DNA of 64,000 nt from a virus (Duplodnaviria; Caudoviricetes): IMG/VR virus record IMGVR_UViG_3300037484_001420, positions 5,811 to 69,810 of that record. One strand, given 5' to 3'. Below the pieces are notes generated by a model, which ran no database searches, had not been told where the DNA came from, and saw only the letters and a list, made by a program, of their open reading frames with translations. How positions within the stretch are numbered: position 1 is the first letter of the stretch; every line of letters starts with the position of its first letter. Made by a program: the position numbers and the translations under genes. Shown here piece after piece: positions 37,701 to 46,043 of the stretch.

Positions 37701-40700
37701 GTTATTAGACGACGCGCAGACTTTTTCCAAGAACCAAGCCGCTGGTTTCACCGGCAGTGGGGAGCCTTTGGTAGTCCCCAAAGAGCCCGGCTATTATGCG
37801 CCGCCGACCCGTCCCGAACTATCTGTGAGCGGCTTAGACCAGCCCCGGGCCGACGTTACTAATTCGCTTTTCGGGCTGAAACGTCAATCAACCGGTATCG
37901 TTGCCAAGGAGACCCAGATTCCGCTGAACCTCATGGGCCAGCGAGTGTCAGAGGCCACAATCCCCGGCCGAGTGCGCGACGTAGAAGGTCCGATGTTTGG
38001 TGCGGCTGGTGCAAAATCGCTGGAGCGTGCGCAAAAGCTCGGCATCGAGGGGGAGCAGGTTCGGGAAACGAATCCGTTCCGCGATGAACTTGAAGCGCAG
38101 ATTAACCCGCCCTCTTTTATCGAGGTGTTCCAATGGCTGAACCTGGAGCACATGAAAAAAGTAGAGCTTGCTCCGGAGCAGCCGCAGATTACCGGAAACA
38201 CTTTGACGCTGACCGCTGGATTTTCCCCGGGCACGGAATGGAATTCCCGGCTTCGAACTGCAAAGGATGAGGAGGCGACGGCCAAGGGCGCGTTGTCCGA
38301 AGCGCTACAGAACCGTGCAGACGAAATGCGCGCCAGCCTGCGCCGTCGCGGCAAGGAAGACGATTATAATTACGAGCTTGCTAGCATGCCCGCCGTGCAG
38401 GGCCGCAGCCAGCTACCAAAAGATTTTCAAAAAGAAGAAACGTTCTCGCGTTTGACCGAGGACGAGCGCACCCTTTTGAGCGCATGGGAAACGGCGCACG
38501 AGGCGCGAAACCGGGTTGAGGCCGAACGGCCGGAAGGAGCCCTTACTGATTTCGAGGCGCGCCAAGCCGAGGAGAGATACCACGCAAGCCAAGAAGCCCG
38601 CATGCGGAATTTCGGAGCGCTGGGTGTCCAATATAAGCCGAGCCCGCATCCGGACGCCATCGAAAGCGCGGCTACTCGGGACGATAAGACCGGCAAAATC
38701 TACACCGGGGTGATGCACTTCGAGAGCAATTTGAAATATCTCGAAGACCATCCGGAACTGCGCAACGGCCGGTCAATGGACGACCCGGTGACGCCGTTGC
38801 AGGCGTGGAACAAACTGCCGGACACCACGGATGGCTTTGTCGACAAGAAGGGAAACTTCCTCACGCGAAAGGAAGCGGAGGCGCGGGCGCTGGAGATTAA
38901 CCAGATTAAAGAACCGCAAGTAGGGATGGGCGGACTTGAGTCGGACTATTTACGTTCGGCCGCTCAGTTCAAACCTGATGTTAGCTGGGTGGAGTCGACA
39001 ATTCAAGATTTAGCCGAGGGTGGAAAGACAAAACTAATCCGAGCCATAAGGCGACATCTGCCCGAGACGGTGACCCCGGAATTGCTTGCAGCAGTCCGCG
39101 ACGAGGTCAAACGCCTAGCGGAGGCTCCGGCGGCTCAAATCAAAGAGTATCGAGAAGCGTTAGACCTTCCCCCTACTCCAAAACGGGATTATAATGCGGA
39201 GTGGGCGACAGGAGTTGAGCAGGCGCTTGGCAAAGATACGCCGCCAAAAAACGCCGCAAAAGGAGTTAACTGGCTAAAAACAACGATTCAGGATTACATC
39301 GAAAATGCAAGCTACCGTGGCGGCAATGAAGAGGAGGTTGCTGACGCGGTAAAACGACATTTGCCTGAGCGCATGACGCCGGAATTTGTTGCCGCCTTGC
39401 GTGCCGAGGCCAAACGGTTATCAGAGGCGGGCGAGCCCGAACGCCAGGTAGAAACGCACTTAGACGCGACCAACGACGGCTATGGTTGGCACGATTATAA
39501 TAATCCAAATGCGGAGTGGCTGGCGGGAGTTGAACTCGCGCTGACGGGGGCTACCGAGCAAAAACCAGCGGCACCTCTGCGAGTGACCTTAGACGTAGAG
39601 CCAGATGAAAACACTTTCCGGGGTTTTGGTTGGATTAGCCCTTCCGGCGACATTGTTCCTGCAAAATCCGCTTACGACCATTTTCCTGCTTTAGCGGCCG
39701 TTTCAGAGAGTTTCTCCAAAGCGTTCCAACAGGCCAAAGAAGCCGGTAAAGAAGGCTGGCAATCCGATTTGGCAGAACAGCTATACGCACAAGGCTGGGT
39801 GCGCTTGGGGAAATCCGCAGATGGCACGGGGTTGGGGGCCGAGGGCAGGGCCAATAGCTTACAGTATTTGCGCGGTCCGATTGAGGACGCGAAAATAATC
39901 GCGGGCTTAACCGGTGCCCGCACTGACCTTTTTGTTCGTGGCAAAAAAATCGCCCCGGCTGCGCAGTTCAAGCCGCGCGAGGACGAACTACTGGACCGCG
40001 CCAAAGAGGTGTTGCGCACCGGCAAAGGAAACGCGGACGAGATTCGCACTCTAATGAACCGCGTTGAAGAGCGGCCGGAGGACTTGGCTCGCCAGGAAGC
40101 TCTCGGCAACGCAATTGCTCAGTTCAAGCCGGAAAAGACTCAAGAGCAGTTGGACAAGGAGTGGATGGACTCAGTCGACTTCTCGAAATATGAAGTCAAA
40201 CCAAAAACCGCACAAACGCCGGAGATGCTTTTCGAAGCGAAGCGGAAATCAGCCAAAATCAAGCAGGAAGCTCTGCCGGACTCCGCCGCCGGTGAGGAAA
40301 TCAATATCGTTCATCTGAGCGACACGCCCGGCCTGAGAGTAGTAGACCCGGCGAAGATGGGCGCTGGGAAAGCGACACCGCGCGATTTGCGTGGGATGAA
40401 CAAGTCGTTTTGGTTTGTGGGGGAAAGTCCACTCGGCCAAGACGTGAATATTTTCGGTGGAGAAGGCAAGCACGCCTACGGCACGACGATTCGAGGCGAG
40501 CGGATTTACGACCTGCGGGGCGACAAAGACGACGTGCTTGGGTATTTTTCGGAGCCCAATCGAGGGCTTGCGGACCAAAGTCTGATAAAGCAGGGATACG
40601 CGGGCGTAATGACCGATACGCCGGACGGTCGGCAAGTGGTGATGCTTTTCAAAGGCGCCAAGGTCGCGCCGATTGAGTTTGCTGGTGGCGAGAAAGCGCC

Positions 40701-43320
40701 GAAGGGGTTGCGCGCAGAGATGGTGCAATTCGCTCCGGCGGATGACCCGAACCCGCGCAAAATCAAGGCCGCGATTGTCTGGGACCCCAGGACTGGGAAA
40801 CGCTGGGAAGGCGCGATGCACTTTCTCGCGCTGCAAAAAGCGACCGCTGATGGTGTAAAGCCGATGGAACTTGGCCAGCTTACGCAAGGGTTCATCGACG
40901 TCGCTGGAAACAAGCTCACGCGCGAAGAGGCCTTCGTGCGAGCCCAGGAATTGGAGCAGCTCAAACCCGGGGAGGTGTCCAAAAGCACCGGAACTTTGGT
41001 TTCCGAGGAAACGCAATTCAAACCGCGAGACCTTGTAACTCCGGACATAGAGAAGCGGCTGTCAGAATCAATTGTGCGTTTTGAGGACGGAACTCTTAAA
41101 CCCGTTTTTCATGGAACCGCAAGCATTCCTTTTGCGGGCGAAACGTTGAGGACAGAGGGTTTCCAAGCACACTTCGGGGGTCCCGGTTCGGCAGCCCAGC
41201 GTGTGCTCGGGGTGGAGTCTAACCGGACGCCAAAAGCGCGGGAGGGAGTGGAGAATCTCAGGACCGTTCCCGTATTCCTAGATATAAAGAATCCTCTTCG
41301 AACCGAAGACGCGGGTAATTGGGCTGAGAATGCAACCGCCGTTGCCCGCGTGATTCGCGATGCACTACCGGTGGGCTCCGAAGCCCGTCGCTGGTTTCGG
41401 GAAGATGCTATTTCAGGAAAAGTAAATGATGCACTTGCTGACCTGGAAGCGAGGATGGGGGTTGATAAGGCTTGGACGGCTGCCAACCGTGAGGTATTAC
41501 GGGACATGCAGTATGACCTAATGAACGAGGGTTACGACGGCATCGTCTACAAAAACACATTCGAAGGTGAAGAGAAAGCGCGAATCGCCACGAATATCGA
41601 GGACCCCAACTGGACTACAGGGGGGCTGCACTACCCGGGGAAAGAGGACTACGCCGGAGATGACAGCTACATTGCGTTTGAACCGAGTCAGGTGTTCAAT
41701 GCCGTCACTAAAGAAAATATCGCCACTATCCAATTCAAACCCGCGAAGCTGGAAGATTTTTCCGACAAGAAAAAACTCTCAGAAGCGCTGAAGTCTGACG
41801 GCTGGGCAATCCTCACCTGGAACCAGGAAGCGCTTGGTGCCGCCACTGCGAAAGAAAATCTGGCGGCGAATGACCGGCTGGCGAAACGGTTGACGGACGC
41901 GGGCTATGAATTCCAGGAAATCAAGGGGTCCTACGAGGGCGTAGACCAGGGCAAGAATTTTCTGGTCACCGGCATCTCGCCGGAAGAAGCGCTAGCATTG
42001 GGCCAGGAGGGCAAGCAGGAGTCCGTGATTGTGCCGGACGGTTTACTTTACTCGGACCGAACGCTTTACCCGATTGACCCGTCGAAAAACACAGTTGGCA
42101 AGAACGCAAAAACACAGCCGGGATGGTCGCAAGTGCCCGGTGGCCCGGCGTTCAGCCTGGGGCTGGATTTTTCGGAGAAGATATCTTACGAGCCAAAAGC
42201 CGCCGGGCAAGCTCAGCCCGCGCTGTTCGAAGGCTTCAATGAGACCCCGGAGCGCAAAGTTTTGTCCACCTCGGAACTGGCAACCATGGGCGTGAAAGCT
42301 CTCCGGGATTATTACCCGGAAGCTACTATCCCGAATCGCGTTCGCAATCGGAAGGGGGAGCCAGTAGACCCCCAGATGCCGTCCGACCACAAGAATTCTC
42401 CGCTCTACAAGTCCGCGAAGGACGAAGCGGAAGCGGTGCAGCTTTTCGCGGACCAGCTAGTCCGGGAGCATGAGAAGTGGAAAGACAATCCGACTTACCA
42501 GTCCGGCCTGAAGTGGTATTCGGAGTTCACGCCGCTGCTGAAAAAGCATTTCGGCAAAGACGCGCCAATCATGGCGGAGCTACTTTCCGCGACCAGCCCG
42601 AACACAACGCCGGACATCAACTTCAAATTCGCTCTGGACGCAATCCTTGGCTACAAAGCCGGGCGCTATGACCGGCACGTCAAAGGCTTCTTGGACGGCT
42701 TGCAGAAGGTTGAGGATGGGTCCTGGAAAGATTACATGACGCAAGCCCGCGAAGCGGGAAAGACGGTTGCGCCTTCTGATACAGTCCCGGCGTTCCTGGA
42801 GCAGTGGATTGCCGATAATAATTTGCTGCCGCTTCAGAGCAACGGGAAGAAGTTCGGGATGCACTCGGTCCCCGTGCTGAAGGTGCTGGCGAGAAAATGG
42901 CTGGCGTTGAACACCGGCCCGAAGACGGCTAACTTCATTAAGAACCTCGTGGGCACTGGGGAAGAGGCCACGGTTGACGTTTGGGCGGACAGAACCCTCC
43001 GCCGGATTGGCTACCAAGAGCGCGGCCGCTGGAGAATCACCACGTTGAACTCGACGGGAATTCCGGACGCCGATTTCTATTTCGGCCAGAAGGTTTTTCG
43101 TGCCGCCGCCGACAAGCTCGGCATCAAACCGAGTGCTCTCCAGGGCGGGATGTGGTTCGCCGAGAAGCAGCTTTGGGCCGACCGAAAATGGGGCCGCCTG
43201 GACCTGGGAGATTTTCGCTCTGAAATCAAGAAACTGAAAGCAACGAAAGCAACGCTGGAGGCGCGTGCCAAAGAGGCGCAGCCGGAGTTGTTGCTTGCAC
43301 CCCGAAAGACCAATGACTGA
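34732..43320 (+). CDS. Giant polyvalent internal virion protein (2862 aa): ejection region, zincin motif, two ADP-ribosyltransferase-like modules, DUF3293-like and HhH-like domains
   Basis: HEVKH at 36541; VFHGT...VPVFLDIKNPL...GYDGIVY..YIAFEPSQV (ART-PolyVal-like); modules bounded by the Q[FY][KA]P motif. Confidence 0.85.
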   Translation: MSDLFATPVTEAAPPKFYTPEGVELTSPAPVAPVEEKPPGQLMFGPAPKFFDAAGKEVPHDSQEAASMREEAGLIDPLFDLPVDDLAALATETKGTFNLKEIFNSRPEVHANPAVVQRVADAYTKYADSTKLLSLPSTVGEWKQAAGGLWDMAKGYAKTFAVGLPAAVVANVPGVPRELQMDAEKLEAEIISGNRAALQGLGNLALGAGEKLARATGLAPKLNELNAQQRVEFFQKALEEQRQLQKISEGKDEGFLSLDKGEMAKLAEAGRTLEPEQVAQYAAGSPLAFKLFGAGFGGAGKVVGAGARAVAPNLTARMVPVLSDIAAKTGGRVVERGAQAAELSVAGTQKVAPVGGAVAGGLGLTSVVPHAGGGIIGAGLGLTAGKALAKGLQPVRGALQTAAQVGREIAGKEAIALPVAQLGRDVLEAVPMAGAEIGKGLAFDAALSAAAETPEEQQGVGIGALFGLGGAALRSGMHVVSGQLIAPRAYGAAARISSNKFFPQLDAVHDAVFNAANEGVKTRVNAIRGFARLINPEMEVIFAGPRPAEGQPDPYFNALISLGMQQEQAKFYADQAGFHSPRFRDAKGVDRQLIVFRDVESAPHEVKHAMDDVMGASAARTRWLNMRRYYTPQEWDALGRQYASKLFSGERRWDPSAESWQSYVADVSGWGRAEAAEQVARQEFLQGGEAEGPISADQMRTALESVQDNWRDVLGDEGVRRVGELFNGAEISAESWDALFKHAGPAMAEPTGPIAKSAQVLGTAMELIGIDPLTGRTSEGGVPLRRGAVEAGRRETAESTKGKSAAPTAPIVTPRVAPGASTVAKTPTERDREADQRIVQNAPDTTLEGADQSVREMTGTLAEAAATGQGVVIEYRSAPGEGPAAATELGGITQSVSRPVRRRIIEAARNLPEEARNMISKVFAPFKLRQSRKGLQAGGWAPQVFAANAQKLAEFVATSSTPFRADLFGAEGVYPVDRSAKTFTVDGWRKLLDDAQTFSKNQAAGFTGSGEPLVVPKEPGYYAPPTRPELSVSGLDQPRADVTNSLFGLKRQSTGIVAKETQIPLNLMGQRVSEATIPGRVRDVEGPMFGAAGAKSLERAQKLGIEGEQVRETNPFRDELEAQINPPSFIEVFQWLNLEHMKKVELAPEQPQITGNTLTLTAGFSPGTEWNSRLRTAKDEEATAKGALSEALQNRADEMRASLRRRGKEDDYNYELASMPAVQGRSQLPKDFQKEETFSRLTEDERTLLSAWETAHEARNRVEAERPEGALTDFEARQAEERYHASQEARMRNFGALGVQYKPSPHPDAIESAATRDDKTGKIYTGVMHFESNLKYLEDHPELRNGRSMDDPVTPLQAWNKLPDTTDGFVDKKGNFLTRKEAEARALEINQIKEPQVGMGGLESDYLRSAAQFKPDVSWVESTIQDLAEGGKTKLIRAIRRHLPETVTPELLAAVRDEVKRLAEAPAAQIKEYREALDLPPTPKRDYNAEWATGVEQALGKDTPPKNAAKGVNWLKTTIQDYIENASYRGGNEEEVADAVKRHLPERMTPEFVAALRAEAKRLSEAGEPERQVETHLDATNDGYGWHDYNNPNAEWLAGVELALTGATEQKPAAPLRVTLDVEPDENTFRGFGWISPSGDIVPAKSAYDHFPALAAVSESFSKAFQQAKEAGKEGWQSDLAEQLYAQGWVRLGKSADGTGLGAEGRANSLQYLRGPIEDAKIIAGLTGARTDLFVRGKKIAPAAQFKPREDELLDRAKEVLRTGKGNADEIRTLMNRVEERPEDLARQEALGNAIAQFKPEKTQEQLDKEWMDSVDFSKYEVKPKTAQTPEMLFEAKRKSAKIKQEALPDSAAGEEINIVHLSDTPGLRVVDPAKMGAGKATPRDLRGMNKSFWFVGESPLGQDVNIFGGEGKHAYGTTIRGERIYDLRGDKDDVLGYFSEPNRGLADQSLIKQGYAGVMTDTPDGRQVVMLFKGAKVAPIEFAGGEKAPKGLRAEMVQFAPADDPNPRKIKAAIVWDPRTGKRWEGAMHFLALQKATADGVKPMELGQLTQGFIDVAGNKLTREEAFVRAQELEQLKPGEVSKSTGTLVSEETQFKPRDLVTPDIEKRLSESIVRFEDGTLKPVFHGTASIPFAGETLRTEGFQAHFGGPGSAAQRVLGVESNRTPKAREGVENLRTVPVFLDIKNPLRTEDAGNWAENATAVARVIRDALPVGSEARRWFREDAISGKVNDALADLEARMGVDKAWTAANREVLRDMQYDLMNEGYDGIVYKNTFEGEEKARIATNIEDPNWTTGGLHYPGKEDYAGDDSYIAFEPSQVFNAVTKENIATIQFKPAKLEDFSDKKKLSEALKSDGWAILTWNQEALGAATAKENLAANDRLAKRLTDAGYEFQEIKGSYEGVDQGKNFLVTGISPEEALALGQEGKQESVIVPDGLLYSDRTLYPIDPSKNTVGKNAKTQPGWSQVPGGPAFSLGLDFSEKISYEPKAAGQAQPALFEGFNETPERKVLSTSELATMGVKALRDYYPEATIPNRVRNRKGEPVDPQMPSDHKNSPLYKSAKDEAEAVQLFADQLVREHEKWKDNPTYQSGLKWYSEFTPLLKKHFGKDAPIMAELLSATSPNTTPDINFKFALDAILGYKAGRYDRHVKGFLDGLQKVEDGSWKDYMTQAREAGKTVAPSDTVPAFLEQWIADNNLLPLQSNGKKFGMHSVPVLKVLARKWLALNTGPKTANFIKNLVGTGEEATVDVWADRTLRRIGYQERGRWRITTLNSTGIPDADFYFGQKVFRAAADKLGIKPSALQGGMWFAEKQLWADRKWGRLDLGDFRSEIKKLKATKATLEARAKEAQPELLLAPRKTND

Positions 43321-43492
43321 CAAAATCGCTGAAGTGTTCGACGTCTACTCGAACGTCCGGGACGAAGGCGCCCCAAACGTGGCGGCGCAAACCTCGGATG
43401 ACGTGTGGACAGAAATTGCCCGGCTGAGCCTACTCCGAGAAGAACGGAGCGAGGGAGCCAAGAAACTTGTCAGTAGACGCGCGGGCGAATAA
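43313..43492 (+). CDS. Small hypothetical protein
   Basis: 59 aa from ATG 43313, overlapping the end of the giant gene. Confidence 0.55.
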   Translation: MTDKIAEVFDVYSNVRDEGAPNVAAQTSDDVWTEIARLSLLREERSEGAKKLVSRRAGE

Positions 43493-43502
43493 CGGAGACT
43501 GT
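43474..43502 (+). promoter_or_regulatory. Promoter TAGACG-N17-GACTGT
   Basis: Family member; ATG 43510 is 7 nt downstream. Confidence 0.65.
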
Positions 43503-43509
43503 TTACTGT

Positions 43510-44166
43510 ATGCCAGGACTTGTAGAACCGATGGACCCCGCAGCGCCGCTACCCCCGCAACCGGCGGAAATTGTGGCACCCGCAAACCCCCAAGAGCAGC
43601 CGCAGCAACCGCAGGACGGGATTCCGGAAGAGGTGCTTCAGATTCCCGCGATGCAGGCCTTGATGGCTGGCGCTCCCCCAGCAGTGTCCGCTAAAATCTC
43701 CGACTACAACAACCGCCCCGAAGGCAAGCTAATTGCGGAGGCTAAAGAGCCCCTGATGAAGTCCGGCATTGGCTTCTACAAGTCGCTCTCAGGCGAATAC
43801 GGGGTGCTCTTCAATTCCCTACGGATTAACCCCCAGGACATCCAAGCGGCCGACAAAGCGGGCCAACTCCTGGAGATTGCCCCTCTGATGGACACCGTCG
43901 ACGCGGAAACGGCTAAATCGGGTCAGAACAACCCGGTGCTCGCCGCTGAGGCACCGTCCGGTGCGCCCATGGCACGTAGCGCAAGCGTTCCGCCCTCGGG
44001 ACCTGGGATGATAGCCCCGCCGGTGTCAGCCCCGCCAGCGCCCGCCAGCGCTCAGCGTGCCCTGTTAAATGCCCGGGTCAAGAACATGCAACCTGGGGCG
44101 CCCACTTCCGGTCCCAAACCCGGCCAAGGCAGGATTGCCAACCAGATTTTAAAGCCGGTTGTATAG
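43510..44166 (+). CDS. Pro/Ala-rich hypothetical protein
   Basis: 218 aa; last gene of the + arm. Confidence 0.75.
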   Translation: MPGLVEPMDPAAPLPPQPAEIVAPANPQEQPQQPQDGIPEEVLQIPAMQALMAGAPPAVSAKISDYNNRPEGKLIAEAKEPLMKSGIGFYKSLSGEYGVLFNSLRINPQDIQAADKAGQLLEIAPLMDTVDAETAKSGQNNPVLAAEAPSGAPMARSASVPPSGPGMIAPPVSAPPAPASAQRALLNARVKNMQPGAPTSGPKPGQGRIANQILKPVV

Positions 44167-44183
44167 TTTTTAGACAGAACACG

Positions 44184-44216
44184 AAAAAGGCCGTTTGCAG
44201 AGCGCACACGGCCTTT
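44184..44216. terminator. Bidirectional terminator at the arm convergence
   Basis: AAAGGCCGT-N13-ACGGCCTTT with A/T tracts on both sides. Confidence 0.75.
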
Positions 44217-44217
44217 C

Positions 44218-44358
44218 TTATTGCCTGCGCCGCATAAAGCGCCACCGGAACCACCTGGGAACCTCGAACGCCCAGGCCACAGCGCCCCCGACCACCAGGA
44301 AGCCGAGCCAGAACGAAAAGACCGCAAGGTCCAGGAAAAGCTTAAGAAGGGTTTTCAT
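44218..44358 (-). CDS. Small membrane protein (not in ORF track)
   Basis: Hand translation MKTLLKLFLDLAVFSFWLGFLVVGGAVAWAFEVPRWFRWRFMRRRQ*, 46 aa. Confidence 0.6.
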   Translation of the reverse strand: MKTLLKLFLDLAVFSFWLGFLVVGGAVAWAFEVPRWFRWRFMRRRQ

Positions 44359-45415
44359 TCAGCACCATTCTGCCCGCGAGGAGCTTCACATCCGACTTGA
44401 TGAACCGCTTGTAGAAGCCCCGGTTGAAGTAGCGGTTGAACTCGACGCGGAAGCGGGTTACGGAGCCGGACCCTGGGTCTATCTTGAATTCGAAGATGGC
44501 GCCGCCCACTTCGCAGCGAAGCATCTTTTTGCGTGAGAAGATGTCCTGGTCTTTAAAGCCCGGGAGCGAGACCACATGAATATTTCGGTCGTTCATGTAG
44601 TTTGAGAGGTGATAATGCCCTTGCAGTAGAATGTCCGGCTTCTCGCCGCCCTCGAACGATTCGACTTGCTTCTGGCCTTTGTAGCTTCGGGCATACGCGC
44701 TGCCGCCTCCAGGGTGCTGCACCTTGATAATAGTCGGCCGGGACGCGCCGGTGATTATGTCCACATCCGCCTCGACGTGCCCGATATAATGCAGGTCGGT
44801 TCGGCCCGCGCGTTCGGCGATGAACTGTATGTAAGCGCCAATATTGAAGCCCGGCGCAAACCACGATTCGTGGTCGTCCCCCGTGATGAAGTGCGTTGTG
44901 ATTCCGTCCCGGCCCGGGTAGTTGTCCGCGAAATACTGGCACTGCCCGTCAATGGTGCTCGTGAACACGCTCTCGCCGTTGATTCGCTGAATGTAGCCGT
45001 CAATCGGGTTGCCCGCATGAAAAACGTGCTCGATGCCCTCTGCCTTAAACAGGTCGTATTGCGTATGCAACTCCGCTAGGCGTTCCTCTTTGCACGCAAG
45101 GTGAGTGTCAGCGACGGCCCCGTATCGAATCCAGCCGCCGGTGTTGACCACCGAGAGCGGGAGATGCCCGAACTGCGGGCGAGGAAGCTCGATTGGCGGC
45201 TGCGTGACCGGGATGGCGGTGTCCGCGATGGACTCCACCTTCGGCACTTCGGCAGCCGGTGCCTCTCCCCCGTGCGTGAGGCCGAGAGCCAAAACTTTAC
45301 CCGTTATCTGCCGGTATTCCATCCCCAGCGTCGCCGCTATCTCTTTGTCCGTCCTCCCCGCCTGCTTCAGGTTCGTCAGTCGCTCCACTAATTCCGGTGT
45401 CCACACTTTGTTCAT
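44342..45415 (-). CDS. HTH-fused calcineurin-like metallophosphoesterase
   Basis: N-terminal WTPELVERL..G.T..EIA..LG HTH; ADTH, GNPIDG, GDDHE, QHP, GHYH motifs. Confidence 0.85.
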   Translation of the reverse strand: MNKVWTPELVERLTNLKQAGRTDKEIAATLGMEYRQITGKVLALGLTHGGEAPAAEVPKVESIADTAIPVTQPPIELPRPQFGHLPLSVVNTGGWIRYGAVADTHLACKEERLAELHTQYDLFKAEGIEHVFHAGNPIDGYIQRINGESVFTSTIDGQCQYFADNYPGRDGITTHFITGDDHESWFAPGFNIGAYIQFIAERAGRTDLHYIGHVEADVDIITGASRPTIIKVQHPGGGSAYARSYKGQKQVESFEGGEKPDILLQGHYHLSNYMNDRNIHVVSLPGFKDQDIFSRKKMLRCEVGGAIFEFKIDPGSGSVTRFRVEFNRYFNRGFYKRFIKSDVKLLAGRMVLNENPS

Positions 45416-46043
45416 AATTTATTTTTGGAAATGGGGCCGAAGGCAGCCCATCGTTGATACTTTGCTCTCGGTTTTCCAGCCACGAACTAACCGCAGGCGG
45501 AAAGTTTCCGGCAAACTTGTTGTCGAAATCGTCCAGGGCTGCCTGAGGGTGCTTGCCAACCCCTACAATTGCGTTTGCCAAATCTTCGGGGTCGCCCACA
45601 AAGGCAATCCAGTCCCCGTCTGTCGCCCGAGCAATCGAGGCACGATACCGAAAATGCGGCGTCGAAATCTCGGCCGCTGCGGCTCGCTGGGCAACGAAAA
45701 AGTCCATTTGCGCCTTGTGCGCGGTCTGCCGTTCCAGTTCGATGCGGTCCTGCTGTTCCATGGACCAGCGACTCTTGTCCTTCAGAATATCGTCCAGCGT
45801 CGCGCACGCGTTGATAAATGTCGTCTCCGCCGCGATGCGAGTTTCGCCCGTGAGCAACCGTTGCTGCTCCGGAGGCATGTCGCTGTCCTCCATGTCCAGG
45901 TTCATCCGCGTAGTCGTGTTCAACGCGCTCATGGTCATGCCGACAATGCCCAAAACAGTATTCACCTGTTGGGCAGTGGCAGCGTCCCGGATGGGAACTC
46001 GGATTGCTTCGGCGCTAATTTGATGTTGGGATGCTGGGTGCAT
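45297..46043 (-). CDS. Hypothetical protein
   Basis: 248 aa from ATG 46043; coiled coil then WIAFVGD..VGVGKHPQAALDDFD; its 3' end overlaps the next gene by 119 nt. Confidence 0.65.
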   Translation of the reverse strand: MHPASQHQISAEAIRVPIRDAATAQQVNTVLGIVGMTMSALNTTTRMNLDMEDSDMPPEQQRLLTGETRIAAETTFINACATLDDILKDKSRWSMEQQDRIELERQTAHKAQMDFFVAQRAAAAEISTPHFRYRASIARATDGDWIAFVGDPEDLANAIVGVGKHPQAALDDFDNKFAGNFPPAVSSWLENREQSINDGLPSAPFPKINYEQSVDTGISGATDEPEAGGEDGQRDSGDAGDGIPADNG

